Source: Octopus vulgaris (Eukaryota). Taken from it: a DNA stretch of 64,000 nucleotides. The notes beneath the pieces are model-generated. The model did no database searches. It saw only the letters and a list, made by a program, of their open reading frames with translations, and was not told where the DNA came from. Shown here piece by piece: positions 1 through 12,789 of this stretch. A program made the position numbers and the translations under genes. Every line of letters begins with the position of its first letter. Position 1 is the first letter of the stretch. The DNA lies in the NCBI GenBank assembly GCA_951406725.2, contig OX597815.1:124806001-124870000 (forward strand), written 5' to 3'.

Positions 1-1779
1 TTTGATTTATATTTATACTCCGCCTGAGAGCTTTACACTTCCGTACGCTGTGGAGTGATCATGCCTCTGTGGAATGATGCCGATAATATGGAAATTTGGC
101 CATAGGTCCATTAAATATAGTAATATATGTTGGCCAATGTTCAATGGAGTGCCATCGGATTTATTGAAACCTGATTGGCTGCTGGATAATCTATTCGTCA
201 CAGCCTTCAACTCCTTTCAATATATCAAACAGAATTGAATGTAGAGTTTAGTGGGGCACTGATCTACTCGAGATTAATCTAAAGCTAAGTTGGTTATTGA
301 TACATATCTGTTGTTTTAAGAAACTACGTTAGTGTCTCACAACTGCAATAGTGAAGAACTTCGAGATTATCGAGATTATCCAAGCAATTAGTAGACAAAA
401 TCTTTCTCCTGGAGCTATATGGAATTGTAAAACAGCAAGGGGGATAATTTTCGGTACCATAGGCTATGTACACCGGAGTGGACCTGATTTTTAAAAGTAG
501 CATATTTTTCTTCAATTATATTGGTGATTCTTATTATCAGCATCACTTCATTTCCGCTGTTTCTGTATACATTGAATGCAATTAGTGTTGCTGAAATGCA
601 GACAGTAAAGAACCAAATAGCTTTTTAATCAATTGACCACCCATACAGTGATGATTTGTTTGATAAGGCTGACCTACCATATTTTTGTAGAAGTGGTGCA
701 TAGACAAATAAACCGCAATTATAAGTGAAATACATATATTACACCAGTGTATATACACTATTTTTGTCAGCGTCATCTACTGGAAGGCTTTGCTATATGC
801 TACTCCTTAATCAAATTTTCAAGGCGTGAAGCAGCTGGGAGATAATATACTTTACCCAGAATAACATATAATAAGTGCATCACAAGTTTCTGTTGCCCAA
901 AAGATTTGAGTTTTATCTATACAATCTACCGAAATATTCATCAGTTATCCAGCTGTGAACTATACACCTTTTGTACATTTCTACAGTTGATGAACTGGAT
1001 AATTAATAATTAACTAGTTTTGCCACAGATACAGGATATCACTTGTGGTGGGATGACTGCAATTCAACCATACGCAGGCGGTGTAAACATATTAACACTT
1101 TGAACTCTACTTCTTAACGATGATCATTTGAAATAGGCTCAACCATGAAGATTTAAATGTCTTCCCCACAAACACTGAATATAGTAATGATGGATATGTT
1201 TATTGTACCATATTTATTCTCTACAAAAATCTCCACGGCACCAAATTGCCACCAGCATATTACAGCAGCAACAACTAAAACAACAATTATCCCTACTGCG
1301 ACTGTCTTCCTAAAACTATTACCTTACCAGATAAAGCAGTTCGTATGATAGACAAAAAAAAAAAGAAGAAAGAATAAAAACACTACCGGATGCAGCCCTA
1401 CTGTTTTTCAGTGCAATGTGTGTATAGGAATGTATAGGTGCGTCATTACGTATAGCTGGACGTGTACCTGGGTATGATTCTTTAATCACTGCCGTAACCA
1501 TGAAATTAATGAAATCAATACAATTACCGTTAACTACCAATATTATTATTATCAAATTCATCATTACCTACGAAAAGAAAAACAAAACAAATTTATGTGG
1601 TCATTTGTCTGGCTAGAAATAGCAGCTACACCACTTGCAAATCACAGCCTAGTTAAGTCACGGCCGTCATTAGGAAGCGAGTATAACCTGATAGTATGCT
1701 TCTGATAATTGTTTTAGGGACCCTTGTAGTTGCGAGCTGACGCAGACAGTTCTCGGCCCTCCGAGCCATCACAAAGCAA

Positions 1780-1868
1780 TCTGAAATGAAGTACCTTGCT
1801 CAAGGGCTCAAAACGTAGCCCGCTCCTGGAATTGAATATACGACTGTCATTCTAACAACTAGGCCACT
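1780..1868 (-). mobile_element. Degraded tRNA-derived SINE fragment (OR-like)
   Basis: Minus strand reads gtggcctagttgttag...ttcaattccagg...cccttgagcaaggtacttcatttc, similar to the copies at 22.6, 46.4 and 48.4 kb. Confidence 0.5.
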
Positions 1869-1874
1869 GTTTTG

Positions 1875-1920
1875 TTTAAGGACAGAACGTTTAAGGACAG
1901 AACGTTTAAGGACAGCACGT
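1875..1920. repeat. 15-bp tandem repeat (gtttaaggacagaac) x3
   Basis: Directly visible. Confidence 0.9.
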
Positions 1921-2056
1921 ACAAGCCTGTGTTGCCTTGCATGCCTCTAAAGAAAAACGAGATGGCTTTGATCATAGGTCTGCTCAATCAAAGTTGGTCT
2001 ACAGTTAAACATTAACAACCGCAACAGCAAAAATGCCTATTGTTACACATTACCTC

Positions 2057-2262
2057 AAGGCAGCGTGCTAGTAGAATCGTTAGAATGCTTAGCGGTATTT
2101 CGTCCGTCTTTACATTCGGAGTTCAAATTCTGCATAGATCGACTTTGCCTTTCATCCTTTCAAAAGCGATAAAATAAGTACCAGTCAAGTACTGGGGTCG
2201 ATGTAATCGACTAGATCTCTCGCCCAAGATTTCAAGCCTTGTGCCTATAGCAAAAATGATTA
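2057..2262 (+). mobile_element. tRNA-derived SINE (octopus OK-like)
   Basis: A-box-like agaatcgttag, B-box-like gagttcaaattc, and body gactttgcctttcatccttt...gtaccag...actggggtcgat shared with the copies at 2428, 6772 and 63045. Confidence 0.85.
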
Positions 2263-2427
2263 TTACCTAATACCTTCACCAGCTTACTTTAACATTGTTA
2301 CCCATGACTGACACATCGCAACATCTATCACTATGAGGAGCGTCACCACCAACATCGAACCAAACATCTCCATTTGAACATCAACAACAACGGCAGCAAC
2401 TATAGCAAGAACAGCCATCGTCTTGGT

Positions 2428-2639
2428 TTCAAATTTTGGCACAAGGCCAGCAAGTTCGGAGAGGGGGTAAGTTGATTAGATCGACCCCAGTGCTTAACTG
2501 GTACTTATTTTATCGACCCCGAAAACGATGAAAGGCAAAGTCAACCCCGGCGGAATTTCAACTTACTACGTAAAGACGGATGAAATGCCGGTAAGCATTT
2601 TTCCCGCCGCAGTAACGATTCTGCCAGCTCACCGCCTTA
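2428..2639 (-). mobile_element. tRNA-derived SINE (OK-like), inverted relative to the 2057 copy
   Basis: Reverse complement reads aaggcggtgagctggcagaatcgtt...gactttgcctttcatc...gtaccagtt...ctggggtcgat...gccttgtgcc. Confidence 0.85.
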
Positions 2640-2767
2640 CCTTTACTATTTCATATTACTGCCGCTGTTAATTCACCTTCGCCACCAACAACACTACAAA
2701 ACACTATTAACCACTGTCACCAAAACAACTACTCAAGCAAATACTGTATCATATCCATCCAACCTAC

Positions 2768-2908
2768 TTCTCTCTCTCTCACCTCCTCTCACACATAGTC
2801 AGTCCGTCTGGTTGTCTCTCACCTCTCTCTCTCTCTCTCTCTCTCTCACCTCCTCTCACACATAGTCAGTCCGTCTGGTTGTCTCTCACCTCTCTCTCTC
2901 TCTCTCTC
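2768..2908. repeat. CT-rich tandem duplication of an approximately 65-bp unit
   Basis: cacctcctctcacacatagtcagtccgtctggttgtctctcacc occurs twice, separated by (CT)n. Confidence 0.85.
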
Positions 2909-3683
2909 TGTTTCTTGATTTCGCCACACCACCCCTTCAAATAAACATTTGCGTCGTTTATTTTTATATGAATGTATCGTTATTGCTTTCTCCTTGGTTT
3001 TTAGTGATGGCTCACTATTGTTTAGCCTGAAGAACAGAGACTGCTTCCTTAGGAAACTGTGAGGCGAACATCAACAAACACCACAATCACCACAGTCACA
3101 CCACCCACCACCATCATCTCCACTACCACAATCATCATTATCCATCATCATCATCATCATCATTACTTACACTCACAGCAGCAACAAAAAGAACAGCACC
3201 GACTTTTCAGGTCCACGTAAGCATATGTTGCTTAGCAACACAAGAATTGCCTCTAACAATCCCACCCACAGAGGAAGAGAGTAAAAGAGAGATAGAGGGA
3301 GAGAGACAGACAGACAGAGAAAAAAAAAGAAGAAAAATGTGCTGAGCTCACTAAAACTGAATTAAATGTCTTTATTTCTGTCAATTAAATACATCCACGC
3401 ATGCGCACTAACGTTGGCATGTATAATATAATACATATATACATATGTACATACATACATGCTGGCATATATTATCAGACATATACATACAATAGCATAC
3501 ACATACATATACATAGTCTGTAGAAGTGCATACACACACGCATACACACATACATACGCACACACATACACACACACACACATATATATATATATACGTA
3601 TATGCATGTATGTATACATATATATACATATAATATACATGCATATACATTTCTGTGAATGTATTTATATTTGTACTTATGTC

Positions 3684-3743
<60 letters not shown>

Positions 3744-3751
3744 CGCGCGCT

Positions 3752-3784
<33 letters not shown>

Positions 3785-4294
3785 GTGTATATATCAAACA
3801 AGTGGACTTATAAACATCTAGTTGTTCGATAAAGTGGATGACCCACTCATTGAGTAAGCGTGCAATAGGTAAGTCCATAGACACATGTACTCTAGACGTA
3901 ATTCTCGGGTAGAGTCAGTGTGGAACAAGGATACACCTTTGAATTAGATGTGCACTCCATCCAACTGACTTCCAAATGGTTTCCGTAAACTTCTTAACCA
4001 CTCACATACATACGTGTATGTGAGCGTATGTGTGTATGTGAGTGCATTGTGTTTATGCGTGTATTTAAAGGTGCATGTAAGTGTGCGTATATTTACGTAA
4101 GTGTGCGTTTGTGTGTGTGTATTTGATAGTTGCATGCATATACCTACATACACTCAAATATGCCCACATATAACTTTCTATAAATTATTGTAACAGTTTA
4201 CGCACACCCTCGTGAAATAAATACAGACATGAAATCAAATGAGTCAATGAATGAAATATAGACGGAAAGGCAATAGGACACACACTCTTATAGC

Positions 4295-4375
<81 letters not shown>

Positions 4376-4619
4376 ATACATATATATATACATATAAGCG
4401 AGCAAGTACACTGGCTCTGCCGCATACTTAAAGTAGACGCCAAATGTATCTGAACTACCTTAAAATCATCACAATAAATACGCGCCTAATTCGGGCAAAT
4501 AAACGATAAAGATTTTTGAAAAGGTTTAATTAAATATCAGTTGATTTCAGTATTAAAGGGAACCCCCTTTTTTTCTATCATCAGTGTAATACAACCCAGT
4601 ACACATAAAGACGAACAAT

Positions 4620-5175
4620 TATCCTAACATATAAGGGAAGAATTCACAAAAAAAAAAAAGACGAAGACACGTGGTGTAGACAACAAACAGATGTACTAGT
4701 TTAACGCTCGTGAAGTTAAAAAGTCTGTAACGTTTCGAGCCTATGCTCATCCAAAGAAAGGAACACAAAAGAAACAAAGAGAGGAAATAAAGAATGTGTG
4801 TAGTGGCTAAGAACAACCTGTGTAGCAAGAAACGACAATAGGAAAAAGCGATTTCACATCAACAGAGGAGTCCAGTGTAATCCAAGGGCAGGAGAAGTGC
4901 AGCTGAAGTGTACGAGAGTAGAGAGTCCAGGTAGAGAATCCAGGTAGAATAATCCAGTGTAGAAGGTTTAAAAGTTCGTTGGATAATGAGAGGAGACAGG
5001 ATCAACTGCGTGAGCGTGTAATATATGATGACAGGTGGTGCAGACAACAAACATGTATTAGTTTAACGCTCGGTAAGTGAAACAGTCTTTAACGTTTCCA
5101 GCCTACGTTCTTCCACAGAAAGGAACACAAAAAGAAACGAGAGAAAATAAAGAATGTGTAGTGGCTAAGAACAGC
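4620..5175 (-). mobile_element. Penelope-like pLTR-derived element with two ~145-bp direct repeats, each carrying a degenerate hammerhead-like motif
   Basis: 4671-4815 and 5035-5173 are direct repeats; minus strand has cttt-ctgtggaaga-acgtaggctg-gaaa-cg-tt-aaag, related to the motifs at 44149 and 61758. Confidence 0.55.
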
Positions 5176-5489
5176 CAGAGTAGGAGACCTAACACATAAC
5201 TGAACTACACACAGGGCATAATAATATAAATCCGTTTGTAGGATTTTAGTCAGTCCCTATATGCTTGTAGCGCTACCGGTAACAAAATAGACCGGTACTA
5301 CCTGCGGCATTCTGAAGAAAAAATAATTCTGTGCTGAAGAAAAAAAATCTCAAAAGTGGAGGTATTGTGGCGGACACCCCCAAATGAAAAGTAGGCTGTT
5401 CCACTACTGATAAATAGTGGACAGACACAGCAAGCAGGGTCAGTCGGCGAGGAATTTTTGGTGTTTTTTTAATCATTTTTGATCCCTGT

Positions 5490-6745
5490 GAGTTAAATTG
5501 TTATATACTTGTTGAAGGTCTCCCGTAAGGGTGAAGCTACTTGTTGAATATCATTTTTAATCTGTTGAATTATTGTTGCTGTTTTTGTTTGTGTAATTAC
5601 AATTGTTTTCTTCCCCATTCATGGGTGAAGTAGACAAGAAGCAGAGCATGGAGTGCGAACCAGTTCCAGCCGGCAGATATGCTTCAGCCACTGGAAGAAG
5701 TTTGAAAGTTGACGTGTTGCAGGTACGAGAGATAAAGATGGAGCAGAGGACGTTGAAGGCGTTCAACAGACTCATAGAGAAAGATGGAACCAGTTTGAGG
5801 TTGACAAGGCAGAAAATTTAACAGTGAGCGTAATGAAGCAGACAGTGGTGTATAGAACGCTGTCCACGACATCGAAAAAATAGAAATAGCCACAGTACAG
5901 GCTATAGAGGAATGCTTAAAGGCGGTAAAAAGTCTCACAACATTTTACACGAGAGGGAGGAAATACAGCACAGTGGACGTAAGGTTTGCTAGTGAACAAG
6001 GGATAAACCACTCCACTGTGGCGCTAAGGATACCAGAGTGGGTACTTCTGGCGACTTACTGTGAGGCGGCGTGGCTGGTGGCAGCCATCCAGTATAATAT
6101 GGAGGAGGACGTGAAGGTGTTCAAAGAGACGAGGACGAAAGAGGTAAACTGTGGGGCTACGGCCTCGAAGTGGCCATCCAAGATTTGCATAAGATAGCGG
6201 AGGAGGTAATACTACCAGACGACGTGAAATTGAGAGTGGTGGTGACGGGAAGACCTCCAACCTGTTACCAGTGTGGCGTAAGGGGACACATGAGAGCAAG
6301 TTGTCCTCAGAACGACGATAAAGGTGAAAAGGAACAACAGCAGCAGGGTGTCGAGCAGGAGCAAAATGCCGTAGCGACGAACCCAGTATGTGAGAAGTAT
6401 CCAGAGCAGGTGGAGGAGAGGGATTCGGTGGTGAATAGGAAGAATAAAAGGAAAGAAGACGTGGACTCATCGCCAAAGTGTCCACCAACGAAAAGAAAGG
6501 AGAATAAACAAGAAGCACAACAAGAGATACCAACAACATCAAAGAAAGCCAACGCGGAAAACAAGTGGGACTACAAAAACAAACAAGTAAAAAGAACCAA
6601 AATATAAATAGCATATGGTAACATATGCGAAAAGTACAGAGATAGAGAAGAAAATCACAAAAATGAAATCAGTAATAAGTATAAAATCATTTATACATCC
6701 AACATATGATTCGAAGAAAGCATTGAGATTATTCCGGAGGGAATG
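5490..6745 (+). pseudogene. Tx1/L1-like LINE ORF1 (gag-like, CCHC zinc knuckle), frameshifted and 3'-truncated
   Basis: VVVTGRPPTCYQCGVRGHMRASC in ORF 6170-6607; motifs RGRKYSTVDVRF and AAWLVAAI are homologous to the 58.2-59.8 kb element. Confidence 0.8.
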
Positions 6746-6771
6746 AAAATTATTCCCTCCGGAATAATCTC

Positions 6772-6980
6772 AATGCTTAGCGGTATTTCGTCTGTCTTTA
6801 CGTTCTGAGTTCAAATTCGTCTGTCTTTATGTTCTGAGTTCAAATACCGCCGAGATCGACTTTGACTTTCATCCTTTCGGAGTCGATAAATTAAAGTACC
6901 AGTTGCGTTCTGGGGTCGATCTAATCCACTGGTCCCCACCTTCAAAATTTCGGACCTTGTGCCTAGAGTAGAAAAGAATT
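6772..6980 (+). mobile_element. 5'-truncated OK-like SINE with an internal ~28-bp duplication
   Basis: aatgcttagcggtatttcgtctgtctttacgttctgagttcaaat (B-box segment duplicated)...ccttgtgcctagagtagaaaagaat. Confidence 0.85.
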
Positions 6981-7142
6981 TAGCCATGTTATTCGAAAAC
7001 ATTTTACTTAACTCTGGATTTTCTACTTTTATAAGTAGGCTGTAATATCCTTGGCACTTACATGAATTTTTGCTAGCCTGGTAACTATTTATTTATTTTT
7101 TCTTTGTTATTTGCACATATTGAAGAAATACTCATGCATATA

Positions 7143-7202
<60 letters not shown>

Positions 7203-7559
7203 CATGTATATATTTATATGTATATATGTATACATATATATATATTTTTGTGTATGAGGTTGAGAAACCAAAATACCTAACACTCTAATACTTTGCCACT
7301 CCTTGAATATTTAATATTCTATATCTTACTACTCTACGTTTTAGAACAACACCTAGATATCCAACGGCCATGTAAACAATTAACACTTGTCCATTCTAGT
7401 CCATTTTTGTCCCCGTTTATGAATTCTTCTTTTGTCTTTCGTCAGCCTAAAGATTCCCAATCCAGCTCATAATACTCGCTGTTTAAATACACACCATAGA
7501 TATATGATAAAGAAAAACACTACCCACCCGTATTAATCACTCGTATTAGTCATTCCTTC

Positions 7560-7603
<44 letters not shown>

Positions 7604-7739
7604 TAGGTTTTATATGTTTATATTCTTTTCCCATAGTTTTAGTTGCTTTAGTTATGTTACTTATTTTATTTGTTCTGTTTGTTTTATTGTTTTTTATACA
7701 GTTTTATTTAATTTGTTTATTTGTCCCTGCTAGCCATTG

Positions 7740-8720
7740 TTTTAATTGATAGTCATCAACGAACCAGAACCATGTCATTGCTTTCAGATAAGAGCTGACC
7801 AATTTGGTTGTAGGAATGACCATGACCCCACCCCCACTACACATAAGGGTCTCGAGATTTATGGATCGGCAAAAAAGTAACGAACACTAACATCGCATTT
7901 TGGCCTCACCAAGTTTTCTCTCAGTGATACACTCATGTACCAAATTTCCCAAGATGGGTTCCTTATAAGTTGCTTATGCCATACCCTCTGTATCGCTACA
8001 CCTACTAACTGGCACTTTACATATGAATTTTCACCCCTGTAACACGGACTATACTATTAAACCCACCACTAAAGTTCTATGGAAACACAATATAAACTAC
8101 TGCCTAAAATTATCACCTACCCACCATTGGATAAAATAACATAGATCTTATACTATATTACGGGCAGTCTGTACTTTATTTCCCCTTGCTATGCTCACAT
8201 CATTGTACTATGCTGTACTTCACGTGTATTTTCGTGTTTGCCCTTGCTATTATTCTTACTCTACTCTATTTAAAACGATAAACACACCTTAGCTATTCTT
8301 ATCTGACTTTTATATGCGTTAGTCCCCCCCCCCCCCAATCCACACTTAGACCCTCTGAAGAAGCCTAGGGGCACATCCACTATCCAAGCCTTGTCTGCTC
8401 ATCCCTGCATAACACTGAAGAGATGGAGACAACGTGGAAGATTTCGTTGCCTCTTGGCACAAAGGGCTTTAAGGAACTAGTACTTGCACATCCATTTAGT
8501 TTTTTATCCCAATTTACTTATTTGCTCAATTGGTCATTTGTTTCTATATGCTTATATGTATTCACACCCTTGTTTATGCAGTTACCAGCTTTTCCCACTC
8601 GCTAATTTGTACCGCTCATACATGTGTGTGTATTCATCCAATACATTTGAATAAACAGACATACTGGAATGTTTACCGGCTGATGTCTGTTGATTTTATA
8701 TCCTCTCTGTTTTCTTATTT
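7740..8720 (+). mobile_element. Possible highly degraded Penelope-like element 3' region
   Basis: Frameshifted LE..WIGK..RTLTSHFGLT near 7850-7910 resembles the GIY-YIG C-terminus; ccctctgaagaagcc at ~8351 is pLTR/HHR-like; no intact core. Confidence 0.35.
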
Positions 8721-8721
8721 T

Positions 8722-8805
<84 letters not shown>

Positions 8806-8874
8806 GGCAATTTATGGAAAGAAGTCCCATAAACCTCCAAAATTAAAGAACGATTCTACATGCAACCTTTTTAC

Positions 8875-8930
<56 letters not shown>

Positions 8931-8934
<4 letters not shown>

Positions 8935-9283
8935 TTTTACTTGTTTAAGTCATTTGACTGCCGCCATGCTGGAGCAGCCCCTTTAGTCAAGGAAATCGAC
9001 CTCATTACTTATTTTTTGTAAGCTTAGTACTTAAGCTCAGTACTTATTCTATCGGTTTCTTTTGCCGAACCGCTAAGTTACGGTGACATAAACACACCAG
9101 CATCGGTTGTCAAGTGAAGGGTAGGGAACAAACGCAAACCCACAGACATATACTTCCGTCTGCCAAATCTTTGGTTGGCCCGAGGCTATAGTAGAAGACA
9201 TTTGCCCAAGGTGTCACGCAGCGGGACTGAACCCTGAACCATGTGGTTGGGAAGTAGGTTTCTTATCACACAGCCACGCTTGC

Positions 9284-9285
<2 letters not shown>
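8931..9285 (-). mobile_element. tRNA-derived SINE with CORE-like segment (OR-like)
   Basis: Minus strand reads gcgtggctgtgtgataagaa...ggttcagggttcagtcccgctgcgtgacaccttgggcaaatgtcttctactatagcc...cagtcaaatgacttaaacaagtaaaagaa. Confidence 0.8.
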
Positions 9286-9351
<66 letters not shown>

Positions 9352-9430
9352 GTATGTATGTATATATATATATGTATATATGTATATGTATGTATGTATA
9401 TATATATATATGTATATATGTATATGTATG

Positions 9431-9461
<31 letters not shown>

Positions 9462-9502
9462 CTATGTATATATATATATATGTATATATATGTATATGTA
9501 TG

Positions 9503-9564
<62 letters not shown>

Positions 9565-9659
9565 TGTATATATATGTATATGTATGTATTTATATATATT
9601 TATGTATATATATATATGTATATATGTATGTGTGTATATATATGTATGCATATATATGC

Positions 9660-9713
<54 letters not shown>

Positions 9714-9760
9714 GTATATATGTATGCATATATATGTATATATATGTATGTATATGTATA

Positions 9761-9808
<48 letters not shown>
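9286..9808. repeat. (AT)n/(TATG)n compound microsatellite
   Basis: Directly visible; source of spurious YI-repeat ORFs. Confidence 0.95.
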
Positions 9809-9812
<4 letters not shown>

Positions 9813-9823
9813 CAAATTAATTA

Positions 9824-10370
9824 TAAAAGGGGAAAATTAATTAATCAATTAATTTATAATTTTACCAAGTAGATCGGTACGTTAAAATAACCTTTATAGA
9901 GAAAATTATACAAATATTCTATAATTATAAACATAATTATAATTAGGGGTCAGCTAATTGCTTCATCACATATCAAATTTAGAAATAGGAGTTGAATATT
10001 CCTTTTCTACTACTGTAAGAATCTCCCAGATAGTAACACACTTTTTTACGTAGGCTATGCTGTAATCTCGAAACGCGTCTGTGGCTAATCGGAGTCGTGT
10101 TGATTCATTATTTTTCTCTTTGCCTACGTATGAAAATGTGTTACTGTCTGGGAGATTCTTACGGTAGTAGAAAAGGAATTTTAAATTCCTATTTCTAAAT
10201 TTGGTATGTGGTGAAGGAATTAGCTGACCCCTAATTATAATTATGTTTATGATTATAGAATATTTGTATAATTTTACCTATAAAGGTTATTTTAACGTAC
10301 CGGTCTACTTGGTATAATTATTAATTAATTGATCAATTAATTAATTTGATTAATTAATTTTACCCTTTTA
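9824..10370. repeat. Long inverted repeat (arms 9824-10055 and 10122-10370), probably an inverted Penelope-like pLTR pair
   Basis: Arms are near reverse complements (aattataattaggggtcagctaatt / aattagctgacccctaattataatt); loop contains the HHR half-site ctc-gaaa-cgcg-tc. Confidence 0.85.
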
Positions 10371-10536
10371 TTATTAAAATGGTAGGACAACAATATTATG
10401 TAAATAGAGGAATTTATCTGTAAATGTAACATGTGACAATTATTCGGTAGCCATGATAAAACTCTGAGTTTCGGATGCCGAGGTGGAAATCCACGCCGCC
10501 ATCAGTTGAGGACTCTACTCCGCAGAAGAATTCAAT

Positions 10537-10600
10537 ATGGAACTGAAGAGATGGTGGCTTGGATTTCGTCCTCGGCATCCGAAACTCGGAGTTTTATCAT
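10537..10600 (+). ncRNA. Hammerhead ribozyme-like motif (type I, minimal stem III)
   Basis: CTGAAGA-gatg..catc-c-GAAA-ctcggag-TT; stem I is weak in this copy. Confidence 0.55.
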
Positions 10601-10813
10601 GGCTACCGAATAATTGTCACATATTACATTTACAGATAAATTCCTCTATTTACATAATATCGAGGTCTCTTTCTTTATTTCTTTTGTTGTCTTACCATCT
10701 TTATCAATAAGTTACCTCCCGTACACCGCTATTTTTCCCTAAGGGCTAATACAGCTTATTTTGGAAAATCGCCAGACATTGGTTGAGGACTCTTCCCCGC
10801 AGAAGAATTCAAT

Positions 10814-10877
10814 ATGAAACTGAAGAGATGGTGGCGTGGACTTCCACTTCGGCATCCGAAACTTGGAGTTTTATCAT
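10814..10877 (+). ncRNA. Hammerhead ribozyme-like motif (second tandem copy)
   Basis: atgaaa-CTGAAGA-gatg..catc-c-GAAA-cttggag-TT-ttatcat. Confidence 0.5.
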
Positions 10878-11207
10878 GGTTACCGAATAATTGTCATATA
10901 TTACATTTACAGATAAATTCCTCTATTTACATAATATCGAGGTTTCTTTCTTTCTTTTGTTGTCCTACCCTATTTATCAATATATATATATATATATACA
11001 TACATACATACATAAATACATACATACATAAATACATGCATACATACATACACAACAAATTAGATAGTGCCTTTGTGGCTTTTCCGTTGTTGTAACTCTT
11101 ATTTTTAGCAAAAGCGGTGCCCTCTGTCACTTTTGCGACCTCTATTAATTTTGCTTTTATGTTTGTGTATGTGTGTGTAATTATATATGTATTCTAAGTT
11201 TTTAAAG

Positions 11208-11294
<87 letters not shown>

Positions 11295-11858
11295 AGTGTG
11301 TGAATCTGTGTGATATGATATGCACAACGTGCAATATGTGTATATGTGTCAGTGATATATCTCGGCGTGTGTATGAGTGTGTGTGTGTGTGTGTGTGCGT
11401 GTGTGTGTGCGTGCGTGCGTGTGTGTGTATGCATCTGGGTGTGTATTTAGGAGTTTGTTTTTAATCCACGAGGGAAAAATGGAAATATTCCATTGAACAT
11501 ATACGTTCATTCAAAAAATAAATTTAATACCACTCTCTTTCTAAAACAATTTGCATTTTTAACAACCAATGACATAAGCGATGTCGCAGTGAATGGATGT
11601 CGTCAACGCACGCCAGGATATGTTCCCGATATTCGCCGATGTATGTAACATCCTGTCTAAGTGCATGTGGGCGTCTAACCGGGTGGAAATATACGAGGTT
11701 GGATTACAAGAAGACATACAAAATATGTGCCTTCTCAGAATTGGTTATTTCTCCATTGATGAACGAACTACATGCTTGTAGAATATATATATATGTGTGT
11801 AGCAGGGTCGAGTTAAGCTCGATAGAGTTTCTGAGCACTTAGAGGATCTTGGTACCCA

Positions 11859-11923
<65 letters not shown>

Positions 11924-12789
11924 TCAAAATATAAACAATAATAAACCATTCAAAATGAAATAATAGTAACAGTAAAATGGAACATAATGTTTATTTTTGT
12001 CTACTTCCACCTCATTTATAATTGAAATGTTTTTCCCTCCTTTTTTTTAGTGGCAAAGTCTTTGATCAAATCATTTCTATGACACCATGAACACTTCAAA
12101 ATTACATCTTCGATCATCTAAACTACTTCGAATTTTATTTTAGCAAGTTTAAAATTATTTCTTTTGTGCCACCACTTCCCTTGAGACCTTAACCACGAGT
12201 TTATTTTGCTTTGTGATTAATCCAGCACTCCGTTGCTTGCATGCATGTGTCTATATACTAGAATGTGTGTATAGGAAAATTATTATTGACAGATTACGTA
12301 TTCTTGTAATTTGGAAACTGATTCTGGACCTCTGAACCCTATAACAGTTTAGAATGAACATAAGTTGGGGATTTAGAGACATGAGATACAGATTTCTTTC
12401 TTTTCATTCGATAGCCTTCTTTTCTGTCATAACCTGGTTCCTGAACATTTCTAGGACTGTCATCCCATTTGTCCCTGAATTATTTGAGGGGTTTGAGCGG
12501 AGTATCTCACTTCGAACTAAATATTCTTATGACAAAAAAAAAAGTAGACATTTCACAAAATTCTGTAAAGTACATTTTCCTTGAGATTGAGTGCTGTAGA
12601 TAGTTAATAACATCTGGTCATGTGGAATCTGTGATGTAAAATGAATTCATTTACTTTTCGTATATGCAATTTCTCTCTATTGTCAATTGTCCGGGGACGA
12701 TTATCTCCACAAATTGGCATTCACTTTGCAAAATATAGTGTTGGAACCTGATCATCATCAATCATCAAGATCTTTTAACTTATGCAGCC

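Larger units (their letters stand above)
10372..10980 (+). mobile_element. Penelope-like pLTR array: one inverted partial copy (10372-10503) plus two direct copies (~10505-10710, ~10782-10980)
   Basis: Repeated unit ctgaagagatgg...ggcatccgaaactcggagttttatcatggctaccgaataattgtcac...; the same unit follows a Penelope RT fragment at 54.2 kb. Confidence 0.8.

Noticed and set aside
1-1564. Short ORFs at the window start
   Set aside because: No recognisable domains, consistent frame or convincing splice structure.
3020-3070. CTGAAGA...GAAA with flanking complementarity (possible hammerhead)
   Set aside because: No credible stem II or III and no NUH triplet.
8350-8485. Two CTGAAGA boxes and ggaactagta (possible hammerhead)
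   Set aside because: GAAA is absent and stem I is unpaired; at most a decayed remnant.
11470-11780. Possible DNA-transposon remnant
   Set aside because: No TIR pair or transposase motif could be confirmed.
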